In this document: positions 40,208-50,656 of the stretch, piece by piece
Position numbering within the stretch: position 1 is the stretch's first letter
Layout of the letters: each line of letters starts with the position of its first letter
NCBI GenBank assembly: GCA_913051825.1
Contig: CAJXCR010000002.1
Span: forward strand, 2,144 to 66,143
Reading direction: 5' to 3'
Origin: an uncultured Halieaceae bacterium
Lineage (GTDB): Bacteria > Pseudomonadota > Gammaproteobacteria > Pseudomonadales > Halieaceae
Length of the DNA: 64,000 nucleotides
Position numbers and translations under genes: made by a program
Notes under the pieces: model-generated
What the model was told of the DNA's origin: nothing
Databases searched by the model: none
The model's input: the letters and a program-made list of their open reading frames with translations, nothing else

Positions 40208-41143
40208 GTGATTCGTTTTGTTGTAGTAAGAATTTTCCAAGCTCTGCCAGTAATTCTAGCAGTCATTACAGCGACGTTTTTTTTGATTCGGATGGCGCCG
40301 GGAGGACCCTTCGATAGCGAGAAAGCGGTCATGCCGGAAGTCAAGGCTGCCTTGGAGGCGCAGTACAAGCTAGACCGACCTATTCTGGATCAATACTTTT
40401 CCTATCTAGCAGATCTGGGGGAGGGGGATTTTGGCCCTTCTTTTAAGTATCCCGGTAGGAGCGTGAACGAATTGATAGCGGCGGGGATGCCTGTGACTGC
40501 TGAGCTTGGCTTTTATGCACTTATTTTCGCAGTAATAGTGGGAGGATTGAGCGGAGTTATAGCATCGTTACATCCCAATACTTGGCGCGATCATTTGCCT
40601 ATGACTTTTGCAATGATTGGAATTTGTGTTCCATCTTTTCTCCTAGGCCCTTCTCTAATGTTATTGTTTGGCGTGCATCTGGATTGGTTTCCTGTATCTG
40701 GTTGGGGTGATATACCTGGAGATAAAGTCCTTCCCTCCATTACTCTAGGCGCCGCTTATGCGGCTTACGTTTCTCGTCTTTCTCGAGCGGGTATGCTTGA
40801 AGTTCTTTCTCAAGATTATATTCGCACTGCTCGAGCTAAAGGACTTTCTGAGTGGCGAGTAATTACTCAACATGCTTTGCGCGGTGGTTTGATGCCGTTA
40901 GTAGCGTTTCTCGGACCGGCGTTTGCCGGACTGCTTTCGGGTTCATTTGTAGTTGAAACTATTTTTCAGGTTCCTGGGTTGGGCCGTTTCTATGTTCAGG
41001 CAGCCTTTAATCGCGACTACACTATGATTTTAGGCACGACAATTTTTTTGTCCACGTTGATAGTGATTTTTAATCTCATGTCAGATGTTTTGGCCGCTTG
41101 GATGAATCCAAGACTTCGCTCTGAGCTCTTTAACTATGACTGA
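40208..41143 (+). CDS. ABC transporter permease (OppB/DppB type)
   Basis: 311 aa. N-terminal RF..RIFQALPVILAVITATFFLIRMAPGGPF and EAA-loop region DYIRTARAKGLSE. Confidence 0.9.
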   Translation: MIRFVVVRIFQALPVILAVITATFFLIRMAPGGPFDSEKAVMPEVKAALEAQYKLDRPILDQYFSYLADLGEGDFGPSFKYPGRSVNELIAAGMPVTAELGFYALIFAVIVGGLSGVIASLHPNTWRDHLPMTFAMIGICVPSFLLGPSLMLLFGVHLDWFPVSGWGDIPGDKVLPSITLGAAYAAYVSRLSRAGMLEVLSQDYIRTARAKGLSEWRVITQHALRGGLMPLVAFLGPAFAGLLSGSFVVETIFQVPGLGRFYVQAAFNRDYTMILGTTIFLSTLIVIFNLMSDVLAAWMNPRLRSELFNYD

Positions 41144-42023
41144 ACAGGAAGATTTAGAAATTAATGATATTGCTTCAGGTTCGTCCTTATCGAAGGACGC
41201 CTGGATTCGACTTAGAAAGAATCGACCCGCCTTAGGAGGGTTAATAATCTTAACGGCATTCTTCGCAATTGCATTGTTCACACCGTGGATAGCGCCATAT
41301 GGCTACGAAGTTCAGGATCTTAATCTTGGTGCAACGGGACCTTCTCAAGACCACTGGTTAGGTACAGACATATTTGGAAGAGATTTACTGACTCAAATAA
41401 TGTACGGAGGAAGAATTTCTCTTTCGGTTGGCTTTTTGGCGACAATAGTAGCCTTATTTATTGGAGTAACTTGGGGTTCGATCGCTGGATTTGTGGGTGG
41501 AAGAATTGATTCAGTGATGATGAGATTGGTTGATATTTTATATGCCTTGCCTTTTATGATATTTATCATTTTATTGATGGTGGTTTTTGGACGAAACATG
41601 CTTTTGCTGTTTTTAGCCATTGGTGCAGTGGAGTGGCTCACCATGGCTAGAATAATGAGAGGACAAGTTCAAAACCTTCGACAACAAGAGTTTGTTGAAG
41701 CAGCAGTCGCAATTGGTCTATCTCGATCAGTGATTCTTGTCCGGCATATTATTCCAAATGCAATCGGTCCAATCATCGTTTACACAACACTTACAATTCC
41801 AAGTGTCATGCTGCTAGAGGCGTTTTTAAGCTTTTTAGGGCTTGGAATTCAGCCGCCAGAAACTTCTTGGGGATTATTAATTGCATATGGAGCTGAGACG
41901 ATGGAGGAGTATCCATGGCTGCTATTATTTCCTGGCTTTTTTCTTGCAGTCACGCTTTTCTCATTGAACTTTTTGGGGGACGGATTGAGGGATGCTCTGG
42001 ATGTGAGGGGTGCAAAAGATTAA
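41136..42023 (+). CDS. ABC transporter permease (OppC/DppC type)
   Basis: 295 aa. HWLGTDIFGRDLLTQIMYGGR and EFVEAAVAIGLS motifs. Overlaps the preceding permease by 8 nt. Confidence 0.9.
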   Translation: MTEQEDLEINDIASGSSLSKDAWIRLRKNRPALGGLIILTAFFAIALFTPWIAPYGYEVQDLNLGATGPSQDHWLGTDIFGRDLLTQIMYGGRISLSVGFLATIVALFIGVTWGSIAGFVGGRIDSVMMRLVDILYALPFMIFIILLMVVFGRNMLLLFLAIGAVEWLTMARIMRGQVQNLRQQEFVEAAVAIGLSRSVILVRHIIPNAIGPIIVYTTLTIPSVMLLEAFLSFLGLGIQPPETSWGLLIAYGAETMEEYPWLLLFPGFFLAVTLFSLNFLGDGLRDALDVRGAKD

Positions 42024-43623
42024 CTCTAATCACTTATTGAAGGTTGATGGATTATCAGTCAGTTTTGTTACTAGAAATGGCATTGCCAGAGCCGTAGAAG
42101 ACATCAGTTTTACAGTAGACAGGGGCAAGACTACTGCGATCATAGGTGAGTCTGGATCTGGTAAATCGGTATCCTGCTATAGCCTGCTTGGATTAATACC
42201 AACACCACCGGGCAAAATTGATTCCGGTTCGGCAATTTTCGACGGACAAGATTTACTTAGGCTAAGCGATGAGCGTTTGAGGAGTATTAGAGGTCGCCGG
42301 ATATCCATGATTTTTCAAGACCCAATGACTTGTTTAAACCCATTTATGACTATAGGAAAACAACTGGCCGAGCCACTCATTTGTCACCAGAGGTTAAGGC
42401 GCGGGCAAGCTAGGGATCTCTCCATAGAGTTGCTTAGAGAGGTTGGAATTAGAGAACCTGAAGTAACTATAGATTGTTTTCCGCATGAGTTTTCCGGTGG
42501 TATGCGCCAAAGAGTCATGATCGCTATGGCGTTAATAAACGAACCGGAACTATTGATTGCTGATGAACCTACCACGGCACTAGATGTTACTATTCAAGCT
42601 CAAATGCTCTCTCTCATAACAGAGCTTCAGAACAAGAGAGATCTTGGAGTGATTTTTATCAGTCATGATCTTTCAGTGGTGTCTGATTTTGCTGACGATG
42701 TCATCGTGATGCAGAAAGGGAGGATAGTAGAATCAGGCGATAGAAGCTCTATTCTAGGTTCTCCAACACACCCGTATACCAAGAAATTATTGTCGGCAAT
42801 CCCAAGAGGTGGAAAGGCTGTTTCTAGCGTGAGAGGTGATGATCCGCTAGTTCAGGTGAAGAATTTAAATACTTGGTTTTCATCTGCTAGATATCGCACT
42901 CCCATTAGAGCTGTCAGCAATGTTAGTTTTTCAATCTTGCCAGGGGAAGTAGTAGGCCTTGTGGGAGAGTCTGGAAGTGGAAAATCTACTCTAGGGAGGT
43001 CAATCGTACAATTAATAAAGCCTACATCTGGGTCAGTGAAATTTGCAGACCTTGAGCTAACAAAGCTCAGTAATTCCTCGATGAAGCATCAACGAAGATT
43101 TATGCAAATAATTTTTCAGGATCCATTCGCTTCTCTAAATCCTAGAATGACAGTTTTCGATACATTGGCAGAGCCAATGCATCTGCACAAGATTGTAGAA
43201 AACAAAGATGTTACTAGTGCGGTATTTAAGATAATGAATGACGTAGGATTAACCAGATCCTCCGTGCGTAAATATCCACATGAATTTTCTGGAGGGCAGA
43301 GGCAAAGGATTGCGATTGGTCGTGCTTTGGCTGTTCGCCCTAAGTTTATTGTTGCCGATGAACCGGTGTCGGCTTTAGATGTTACCATTCAGTCTCAGGT
43401 GCTTACTTTGATTCAAGAATTAATCGATGAATATGGTTTGACTATGCTATTTATTTCCCATGATCTTTCTGTAATACGTAAGATTTCAGATCGAATTCTA
43501 ATAATGCATAAAGGATCAATAGTTGAGGAAGGGTCTAGCAGTAAAATTTTCGAGCATCCAGAGAATGATTACACCCGTGCACTAATTGATGCGATTCCTG
43601 GTAGAAAGTTGCAGGTAAGTTAA
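42010..43623 (+). CDS. ABC transporter ATP-binding protein with duplicated ATPase domains (fused OppD/OppF type)
   Basis: 537 aa. Two Walker A sites (GESGSGKS twice), two signature motifs (FSGGMRQR, FSGGQRQR) and two Walker B sites (LLIADEPT, FIVADEPV). Confidence 0.92.
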   Translation: MQKINSNHLLKVDGLSVSFVTRNGIARAVEDISFTVDRGKTTAIIGESGSGKSVSCYSLLGLIPTPPGKIDSGSAIFDGQDLLRLSDERLRSIRGRRISMIFQDPMTCLNPFMTIGKQLAEPLICHQRLRRGQARDLSIELLREVGIREPEVTIDCFPHEFSGGMRQRVMIAMALINEPELLIADEPTTALDVTIQAQMLSLITELQNKRDLGVIFISHDLSVVSDFADDVIVMQKGRIVESGDRSSILGSPTHPYTKKLLSAIPRGGKAVSSVRGDDPLVQVKNLNTWFSSARYRTPIRAVSNVSFSILPGEVVGLVGESGSGKSTLGRSIVQLIKPTSGSVKFADLELTKLSNSSMKHQRRFMQIIFQDPFASLNPRMTVFDTLAEPMHLHKIVENKDVTSAVFKIMNDVGLTRSSVRKYPHEFSGGQRQRIAIGRALAVRPKFIVADEPVSALDVTIQSQVLTLIQELIDEYGLTMLFISHDLSVIRKISDRILIMHKGSIVEEGSSSKIFEHPENDYTRALIDAIPGRKLQVS

Positions 43624-43703
43624 ATTAATGATCTTGCTACTTTGTTACTAGTTTTCTTTATTTTGCTTATAGTGTCACTTATCTTGGGGTTTTATAAATA
43701 ACT

Positions 43704-44966
43704 ATGAATTATGATGCTTACATAGGTCGGCAACAAATTTACGATAGAAATCTTGACGTTTTTGCATACGAGTTGCTTTATCGGTCTCGGGATGGGACAT
43801 CGGCAGATGTTCAAGATGGAAATAGGGCCACTTCGCAAGTCATTTTGTCTGCTTTGTCTGACTTCGGTTTAGATGGACTGGTTGGAAAAAAACCTGCTTT
43901 CATAAACTTCACTCGTTGGTTTCTTGTAAACCATACCAAGATAGAATTGCCAGCGGATCGCGTGGTAATAGAATTGCTCGAAGACATTACTCTGGATGAT
44001 GAGATTTTACTTGGAGCTCAATTGTTATCAGCACGTGGGTTCAAACTGGCGTTAGATGATTTTATTTTTGATGAGCGTGCGGACGAAAAAATGAATGATA
44101 TCCTTCGCTTGGTAAATTATGTGAAAGTAGAGCTCGAGCCTGATGATGATGCGAAGCGATTGAAACAAAAAATTGAGCCGCTGCGAAAATTCAACGTCAA
44201 GATTTTGGCCGAAAAAGTAGAGACTCGAGAACAATATCAAGCTTGCTACGACCTCGGTGCAGACCTTTTTCAGGGATACTATTTTAGTAAACCTGAAGTA
44301 CTTAGGCAGCATACGATTCCTTCGAATCAAGCCGCACTGATGAGGCTATTGAATGAACTTGCTAGACCAGATTCTGAAATAGAAGATTTAGTTCGAATCG
44401 TACAGCAAGATGTATCTTTAACACTTAGACTAATGCGTTATCTGAACTCTGCTTTTCTCGGATTGCCAAGGAAGACAGAAAGTTTGAGGGAGGCAATTGT
44501 TTACCTGGGTTTTAATCATGTTCGCTCCATGGCTTTACTGTTGTCCTCGACAAAAGTGTCCAATAAGCAGGAAAGCTTGTTAAGGCTGAGTCTTTCTCGT
44601 TCTAAGATGTGCGAGAATTTAGTAGATGAGCGTGAACGAGGACTGAGAGATCGGTGTTTTATGGTTGGTATGCTTTCTACACTTGACCTCATAATGCCTG
44701 ATCCATTACCAAAAATTATCAAGTCTCTACCTATAAGTGATTCGCTTACATCCGCGGTACTAAGGCATGAAGGTCAAGAAGGGGCCAATCTGGCAGCGGT
44801 TTTGGCTTATGAGAACAGCGATTGGGATGCTTTGCGTTCCATGAATCATTCTCCAGAGACTATTACAAAAATCTATCTCCAGTCACTTAAGTGGGCGGAA
44901 GAGGCAACAATGATCTTTAAAGAAGATGACAAGAAAAAAGTTGGGACTATTGAGTTAAAGAAGTGA
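43704..44966 (+). CDS. EAL + HDOD domain signalling protein
   Basis: 420 aa. EAL-type motifs YELLYR, INFT, IELLE, LALDDF, AEKVE and QGYYFSKP. The C-terminal half resembles HDOD (LVRIVQQDVSLTLRLMRYLNSAF...). Confidence 0.8.
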   Translation: MNYDAYIGRQQIYDRNLDVFAYELLYRSRDGTSADVQDGNRATSQVILSALSDFGLDGLVGKKPAFINFTRWFLVNHTKIELPADRVVIELLEDITLDDEILLGAQLLSARGFKLALDDFIFDERADEKMNDILRLVNYVKVELEPDDDAKRLKQKIEPLRKFNVKILAEKVETREQYQACYDLGADLFQGYYFSKPEVLRQHTIPSNQAALMRLLNELARPDSEIEDLVRIVQQDVSLTLRLMRYLNSAFLGLPRKTESLREAIVYLGFNHVRSMALLLSSTKVSNKQESLLRLSLSRSKMCENLVDERERGLRDRCFMVGMLSTLDLIMPDPLPKIIKSLPISDSLTSAVLRHEGQEGANLAAVLAYENSDWDALRSMNHSPETITKIYLQSLKWAEEATMIFKEDDKKKVGTIELKK

Positions 44967-44973
44967 TATTAAA

Positions 44974-45969
44974 ATGAAAATGCGAGAATTAAGATCGGGG
45001 TTTTCCGTCTCCAGCCTAGGTGTTGGATGCATGCCAATGGTTGAATCTGGGCAGCTCATGTATGGCGGTGCAGCTGATATGAGAGAAGCAGAAAGAACGA
45101 TTCATAAAGCAATTGAACTGGGGGTTACATTCTTTGACACGGCCGAAGTGTATGGTCCATATCAGAATGAATCTTTTCTTGGTAAAGCTTTATATGGCAA
45201 GCGGGAATCGATCGTATTGGCGACTAAATTTGGATTTTCTATTAAGGATTCTGGAATTTCAGGAGTAGATGGTAGTCCACAAAATGCGCGCAGTGCAATT
45301 GAGGGAAGTTTAAGGAGGTTAGATACAGAGTGTATTGACCTGTTTTATTTGCACAGAGTTGATCCAAAGGTTCCTATAGAGGAAACCGTGGGAGGAATGG
45401 CGGATCTTGTTCGGGAAGGCAAGGTTCGCTACATAGGTTTGTCAGAAGCGGGTGGCGATACAATACGCAGAGCCAACGACGAGCATTCCATCGCAGCATT
45501 GCAGTCAGAATATTCTTTATGGGAGCGAGAAATCGAAACAGAGATTTTACCAATCTGTAGAGAACTTGGAATTGGTTTAGTTCCTTATTCTCCACTTGGA
45601 AGAGGCTTCCTTACTGGTACAGTGAAGACTCTTTCTCAGCTTCCAGACGATGATTTTAGGCATCGAGATCCTAGATATACCGGTGAAAATTTGGATAGAA
45701 ACTTAGCGATCGTTTCGGCGATCGATCAAGTTGCTAATGAATTATCAATTAGCTGCGCCCAGGTAGCCTTAGCTTGGTTGCTTTCAAAAGGAGGAGATGT
45801 TGTACCAATTCCAGGATTTAAACGACGAGCTACCTTAGAAGACAGTATAAAATCAGTAAGCGTTACACTGTCAGCCAAACAGCTTGATTACCTCGAGACA
45901 GCCGCGCCAGTTGGCGGCACATCAGGTCCGAGGTATGGGGAGGCTGGTATGAAAATGGTTAGAATCTAG
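44974..45969 (+). CDS. aldo/keto reductase
   Basis: 331 aa. GVTFFDTAEVYGPYQNE, DLFYLHRVD and YSPLGRGFLTG motifs. Confidence 0.9.
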   Translation: MKMRELRSGFSVSSLGVGCMPMVESGQLMYGGAADMREAERTIHKAIELGVTFFDTAEVYGPYQNESFLGKALYGKRESIVLATKFGFSIKDSGISGVDGSPQNARSAIEGSLRRLDTECIDLFYLHRVDPKVPIEETVGGMADLVREGKVRYIGLSEAGGDTIRRANDEHSIAALQSEYSLWEREIETEILPICRELGIGLVPYSPLGRGFLTGTVKTLSQLPDDDFRHRDPRYTGENLDRNLAIVSAIDQVANELSISCAQVALAWLLSKGGDVVPIPGFKRRATLEDSIKSVSVTLSAKQLDYLETAAPVGGTSGPRYGEAGMKMVRI

Positions 45970-46032
45970 TTAGAGAGATGGGTTTAGAACGGTCGGTTTC
46001 TGCGAAGCTTAGATAAATTAGGAGGCACATTA

Positions 46033-47361
46033 ATGATGAGATGGAAGCTTAGTGTCTTTGCAGTTTTTTTATTATCAATCCTTGCTGAAATTAATTTCGC
46101 AGATGATCTAAATCAAGTGGTAACAAAAGAATATGACGCTCATCTCGACGAGCTTTTTGATCACTTTCATCGTAATCCAGAATTGTCTTTGATGGAGTAT
46201 AAAACAGCCGACAAACTTTCAAGAGAGCTTGTCGACGCAGGCTTTAGAGTGACTCAAAACCTTGGCGGAACAGGTCTAATAGCCTTACTAGAGAATGGAG
46301 CTGGTCCTCTCATAATGGTTCGAGCTGATATGGATGGATTGCCAATAGAGGAGAAATCGGGGCTTGCTAATGCATCGCGAGCCAAGCAAGTAGACTGGAA
46401 CGGGAACGAAGTTTTTGTGATGCATGCGTGCGGGCATGATGTGCATATCACAAGCTTGGTAGGTACTGCTCGAATTATGGCAGATAAGGCAGATCAGTGG
46501 TCTGGTACATTGATGTTATTAGGACAACCAGCTGAAGAGCGTGTGATGGGCGCACGGAATATGATGCGGGAAAATCTTTGGGGTAGATTTGGTAAGCCAG
46601 ATGGAGCATTGGCATTACATGTTTCTTCGGAGATTCCAACAGGAATGCTGGGCGTCTTCGACTCTCCTTATTCTGGGGCCGACACGGTAGATGTTGTTGT
46701 TCATGGTGTTGGTGCTCACGGAGCAAGTCCTCATAGAAGCGTTGATCCAGTCGTTCTAGCGAGTCAGATCGTAATTGCGTTACAAACTGTTGTTAGCAGA
46801 AACTTGCCTCCAAGAGAACCAGGTGTCATAACTGTAGGGTCTTTTCATTCGGGGACAAAACACAATATTATTCCAGATCGTGCAACACTTCAGCTCACTG
46901 TGCGAAGCGAATCGGCTGAGTCTAGAGATATTTTGTTGAATGGAATTCGTCGGGTTGCAGAAAACTTAGGTCGCGCCGCAGGGTTGTCTGGCAATATGCT
47001 ACCTTCAGTGACTATTTCTGAAGAGTCGGTTCCACCTACTTGGAACGATAGCGAATTCACTGAGAAATTAGTAGACCTCTGGGGTGCGAGATTTGGTAAG
47101 GAAGTTTTTGTGCAGGGCAAGCGGCTAGGGATGGGAGCAGAGGATTTTCCGCTCTTTACTGCTGACCCCTATATTCCAAGTACCTACTTTGTTGTGGGTG
47201 GTACGCCTAAGTCGGCATTTGAGATAGAAGCGCAAGGTGGTGCCCCAGTACCATCGCATCATTCACCTCTTTTTAAAATTGACCCTCGAGCCTCTATTAT
47301 TCTTGGCACTGAAGCAACTGTTGCAGCATTACTCGCTCTAATGAAATCCCAGTCTCCATAA
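46033..47361 (+). CDS. M20D family amidohydrolase (aminoacylase/hippuricase-like), secreted
   Basis: 442 aa. Signal peptide MMRWKLSVFAVFLLSILAEINFA. RADMDGLP, MHACGHDVH and GQPAEE motifs. Confidence 0.85.
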   Translation: MMRWKLSVFAVFLLSILAEINFADDLNQVVTKEYDAHLDELFDHFHRNPELSLMEYKTADKLSRELVDAGFRVTQNLGGTGLIALLENGAGPLIMVRADMDGLPIEEKSGLANASRAKQVDWNGNEVFVMHACGHDVHITSLVGTARIMADKADQWSGTLMLLGQPAEERVMGARNMMRENLWGRFGKPDGALALHVSSEIPTGMLGVFDSPYSGADTVDVVVHGVGAHGASPHRSVDPVVLASQIVIALQTVVSRNLPPREPGVITVGSFHSGTKHNIIPDRATLQLTVRSESAESRDILLNGIRRVAENLGRAAGLSGNMLPSVTISEESVPPTWNDSEFTEKLVDLWGARFGKEVFVQGKRLGMGAEDFPLFTADPYIPSTYFVVGGTPKSAFEIEAQGGAPVPSHHSPLFKIDPRASIILGTEATVAALLALMKSQSP

Positions 47362-47490
47362 TTTAGGAGATAATTTTGAATAATTAAATTCAGCGCACAT
47401 ATCTCGCTTGAAGACGCTACAATACTATTTGGCAGGTGGTACTGGTTTATCAATGAAGTTAGATTTCTAAAAGGTTGTTTTGCAGGTTTG

Positions 47491-49203
47491 ATGCTTATGG
47501 AGAAAGAATGGAACAACAGTTTCGATGTTGTAATTGTGGGGTCTGGAAATGGTGGGCTTACTGCGGCACTTTGTGCTCATGAAATGGGTCTTAAAAATGT
47601 ACTAGTGGTAGAGAAATCTGATCTTTATGGAGGTACCAGCTCAATCAGCGGTGGAGGTGTTTGGATCCCCTGTAATCGATATGCTAAAGAGGCGGGAGCA
47701 AATGATTCAATCGCTTCAGCCAGAACATACCTTCATCAATTAATTACTCCAGAAGAAGTGCCTTATGAAAAGATAGATTGTTATTTAGAAAATGGTCCAA
47801 AGATGATCGATTTTCTGCATCAGCATACCAGAGTGAGATATCTTTCTCTGGAAGCCTATCCAGATTATTACACTAATCTTGAAGGCTCAATGACAGGGCA
47901 TAGATCCATGGAGCCCGTGCCATTTTCTGCAGATGAATTAGGAGATGAATGGAGGCGACTTAGACGAACTCATCCTATGATGCATTTAGCGGGTGTTATT
48001 GGAATTACGCAGGTAGAGGCCGCATTATTAGTAGGGCAGCAGCCAGGCTGGTGGAAGGATGTATTTAAATTATTTCTCGCCTACATTTGCGATATTCCAT
48101 GGCGGCTACGCGACAAATTCCACCGTCGACTTGCAACCGGTTGTGCTGGTGTGGCTCGGTTAAGAGCTTCGCTGTTAGATCGAGATATCCCTCTTTGGTT
48201 AAATTGTCCAATGAAATCAGTGATCACCCAAGATGGTGAAGTCATCGGTATCGAGGTAGAGCAGGATGGAGAGTTAAGAAAAATTGAGGCTCGCAAAGGT
48301 GTTATTCTGGCTGCCGGTGGGTTTGAACACAATCAAGAGATGCGAGATGAGTATCTCCCAAAGCCAAGTGATCACAGATGGAGTGCGGGTGCTCTCGAGA
48401 ACACTGGCGATGCAATAGTTCAGGGGCTTCGTCTTGGCGCGAAAATGCATCGGTTGGGAGAGGCGTGGTGGTGTAATACGATCTCGGTTCCTGGAGAAAC
48501 TATTCCGAGATTAAGTATCATGGAGAAATCATATCCAGGTTCTATTATGGTGAATCCTTCAGGCCAGCGTTTTAGTAATGAATCACAAAATTATATGGCA
48601 TTTCAGCAAGACACCTTTTTGCGACACACTGACACGAACCCCTGTTATCCTACTTGGCAGATTTTTGATGCAAAATTTAGAGCTAGTTATTTTGTTGGTC
48701 CTTTGTACAATTCTAAGTTTCGACCTGACTGGATGATTCCTTCGTCTTATGAAAAAGAAGGTTTCTTTGCTACTGCAGCTTCTGTGAGGCAGCTCGCTGA
48801 AAAAACAAATATAGATCCTGATGGTCTAGAAAAGACAGTTGAATTAATGAATCAATACGCAGAGTCTGGAACTGATGAGCAATTCGGGCGTGGCGATTCT
48901 GCTTATGATAGATACTATGGGGATCATCGAATAAGTCCTAATCCCTGTTTGGGTCCTATCGACCAGCCACCATTTTATGCTGTTCGAGTTGACCCTGGAG
49001 ATTTTGGGACACAGGGTGGGATGGTTACTAACTGTGATGCGCAAGTGGTCAGGGAAACTGGAGAAATAATTCCCGGCCTTTATGCGATAGGTAATTGCAG
49101 CGCACCCACTTTACCCTGTTATCCTGGACCAGGGGCGACCTTAGGGCCAGCTATGACTTTTGCTTATCAAGCGGCAAAGTCAATTTCTGGCTATCAAGAT
49201 TAA
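47491..49203 (+). CDS. FAD-dependent oxidoreductase, 3-oxosteroid 1-dehydrogenase (KstD)/fumarate-reductase flavoprotein-like
   Basis: About 570 aa. DVVIVGSGNGGLTAAL dinucleotide fold, GGTSSISGGGVWIP and a C-terminal GLYAIGNC motif. Start ambiguous (TTG 47488, ATG 47491 or ATG 47497). Confidence 0.75.
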   Translation: MLMEKEWNNSFDVVIVGSGNGGLTAALCAHEMGLKNVLVVEKSDLYGGTSSISGGGVWIPCNRYAKEAGANDSIASARTYLHQLITPEEVPYEKIDCYLENGPKMIDFLHQHTRVRYLSLEAYPDYYTNLEGSMTGHRSMEPVPFSADELGDEWRRLRRTHPMMHLAGVIGITQVEAALLVGQQPGWWKDVFKLFLAYICDIPWRLRDKFHRRLATGCAGVARLRASLLDRDIPLWLNCPMKSVITQDGEVIGIEVEQDGELRKIEARKGVILAAGGFEHNQEMRDEYLPKPSDHRWSAGALENTGDAIVQGLRLGAKMHRLGEAWWCNTISVPGETIPRLSIMEKSYPGSIMVNPSGQRFSNESQNYMAFQQDTFLRHTDTNPCYPTWQIFDAKFRASYFVGPLYNSKFRPDWMIPSSYEKEGFFATAASVRQLAEKTNIDPDGLEKTVELMNQYAESGTDEQFGRGDSAYDRYYGDHRISPNPCLGPIDQPPFYAVRVDPGDFGTQGGMVTNCDAQVVRETGEIIPGLYAIGNCSAPTLPCYPGPGATLGPAMTFAYQAAKSISGYQD

Positions 49204-49280
49204 GTCGGAAGATTAAAAGGCACGGAAGATCTATCATTAGGGCGCCGTACAATGAGTAATGTTAATGTGTAAGGTAAGAG

Positions 49281-50609
49281 ATGAACAATAGTAATAACAA
49301 AATGACCCCTTCTGACTTAGAGGCACACTGGATGCCCTATACGGGTAATCGCCAATTCAAGGCTGATCCAAGGATGATAGTTGGTGCTGATGGTATCTAC
49401 TATATTGACGATAAGGGGAGACGAATTATGGATGGTCTTTCCGGTTTGTGGTGTTCGGGAGCCGGCCATAATAGACCTGAGATTAGTGATGCCGTAGCGA
49501 GGCAATTAGAAACGCTAGATTATTCACCTTCGTTTCAGTTTGGGCAGCCAAAATCTTTTGAACTCGCAAATAAAATTAAAACGTTAATGCCTAAGGATTT
49601 GGAATATGTTTTTTTTACTAATAGTGGTTCCGAGACTGTAGACACATCATTAAAGATGGCTCGGGCGTATTGGCGTCTCAAGGGAGAGTCTCAGAAGACT
49701 AGATTTATCAGTCGAATAAAAGGCTACCATGGAGTTAATTTTGGAGGACTTTCCGTCGGAGGAATTGGAGCGAATCGAAAACTTTTTGGTGAAGGAATTC
49801 AGGCTGATCATTTATCTCATACAATTCTTCCAGAAAATAACTTTAGCCAGGGAATGCCGGAGCACGGCGCTCATTTGGCTGAAGAGTTGGCAGAATTAAT
49901 TACGCTCCACGATTCTTCTAACATTGCGGCGGTTATTATTGAGCCTATGGCTGGATCTGCGGGGGTCATTCCACCGCCGAAAGGTTATTTGCAGCGCATC
50001 AGAGAACTATGTGATCAAAATAATATTTTACTTATTTTTGATGAAGTGATCACCGCCTTTGGTCGTTGTGGAGGGATGACAGGAGCGCAGGTCTTTGGCG
50101 TGGATCCGGATATTATGAATATTGCAAAGCAACTCACCAATGGAGCGGTGCCAATGGGTGCTGTTGTTGCTAAGGGAGAAATCTACAAAACATTTATGGA
50201 ATCTGATCTTCCTGACTATATGCTTGAATTTCCGCACGGCTATACATATTCTGCGCACCCTGTTGCTTGTGCAGCAGGACTAGCAGCTTTAGAGATACTT
50301 GAATCAGAAAAATTACCGGAGCGCGTTAATAATTTAGCAACTCATTTTTCCGATAGCATTCATTCTCTTAAAGATATCCCGTCAGTTAAAGATATCAGAA
50401 ATTTCGGATTTGCAGGTGCATTAACTTTAGACGCATATCCCGGAGAACCAGCACGCCGACCTTTCGAGATTGCTATGAGGATGTGGGAAAAAGGATTTTA
50501 TATTCGGTACGGGGGGGATACGCTCCAGCTAGGTCTTCCTTTTGTAATTGAAACTAGTGAGATAGATCTGCTAATTTCAGCACTGGCTGATGCGCTAAAA
50601 GAAAATTAA
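49281..50609 (+). CDS. omega-amino acid (beta-alanine):pyruvate aminotransferase, class III
   Basis: 442 aa, nearly collinear with Pseudomonas BauA-type enzymes: HWMPYTGNRQFKADPR, GLWCSGAGHNRPEI, KMARAYWRLKG, IFDEVITAFGR, HGYTYSAHPVACAAGLA. Confidence 0.85.
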   Translation: MNNSNNKMTPSDLEAHWMPYTGNRQFKADPRMIVGADGIYYIDDKGRRIMDGLSGLWCSGAGHNRPEISDAVARQLETLDYSPSFQFGQPKSFELANKIKTLMPKDLEYVFFTNSGSETVDTSLKMARAYWRLKGESQKTRFISRIKGYHGVNFGGLSVGGIGANRKLFGEGIQADHLSHTILPENNFSQGMPEHGAHLAEELAELITLHDSSNIAAVIIEPMAGSAGVIPPPKGYLQRIRELCDQNNILLIFDEVITAFGRCGGMTGAQVFGVDPDIMNIAKQLTNGAVPMGAVVAKGEIYKTFMESDLPDYMLEFPHGYTYSAHPVACAAGLAALEILESEKLPERVNNLATHFSDSIHSLKDIPSVKDIRNFGFAGALTLDAYPGEPARRPFEIAMRMWEKGFYIRYGGDTLQLGLPFVIETSEIDLLISALADALKEN

Positions 50610-50656
50610 TCTTAGGATTTAAAAGAAAATCATATTTATTCAGTAAGGATTAGCAT

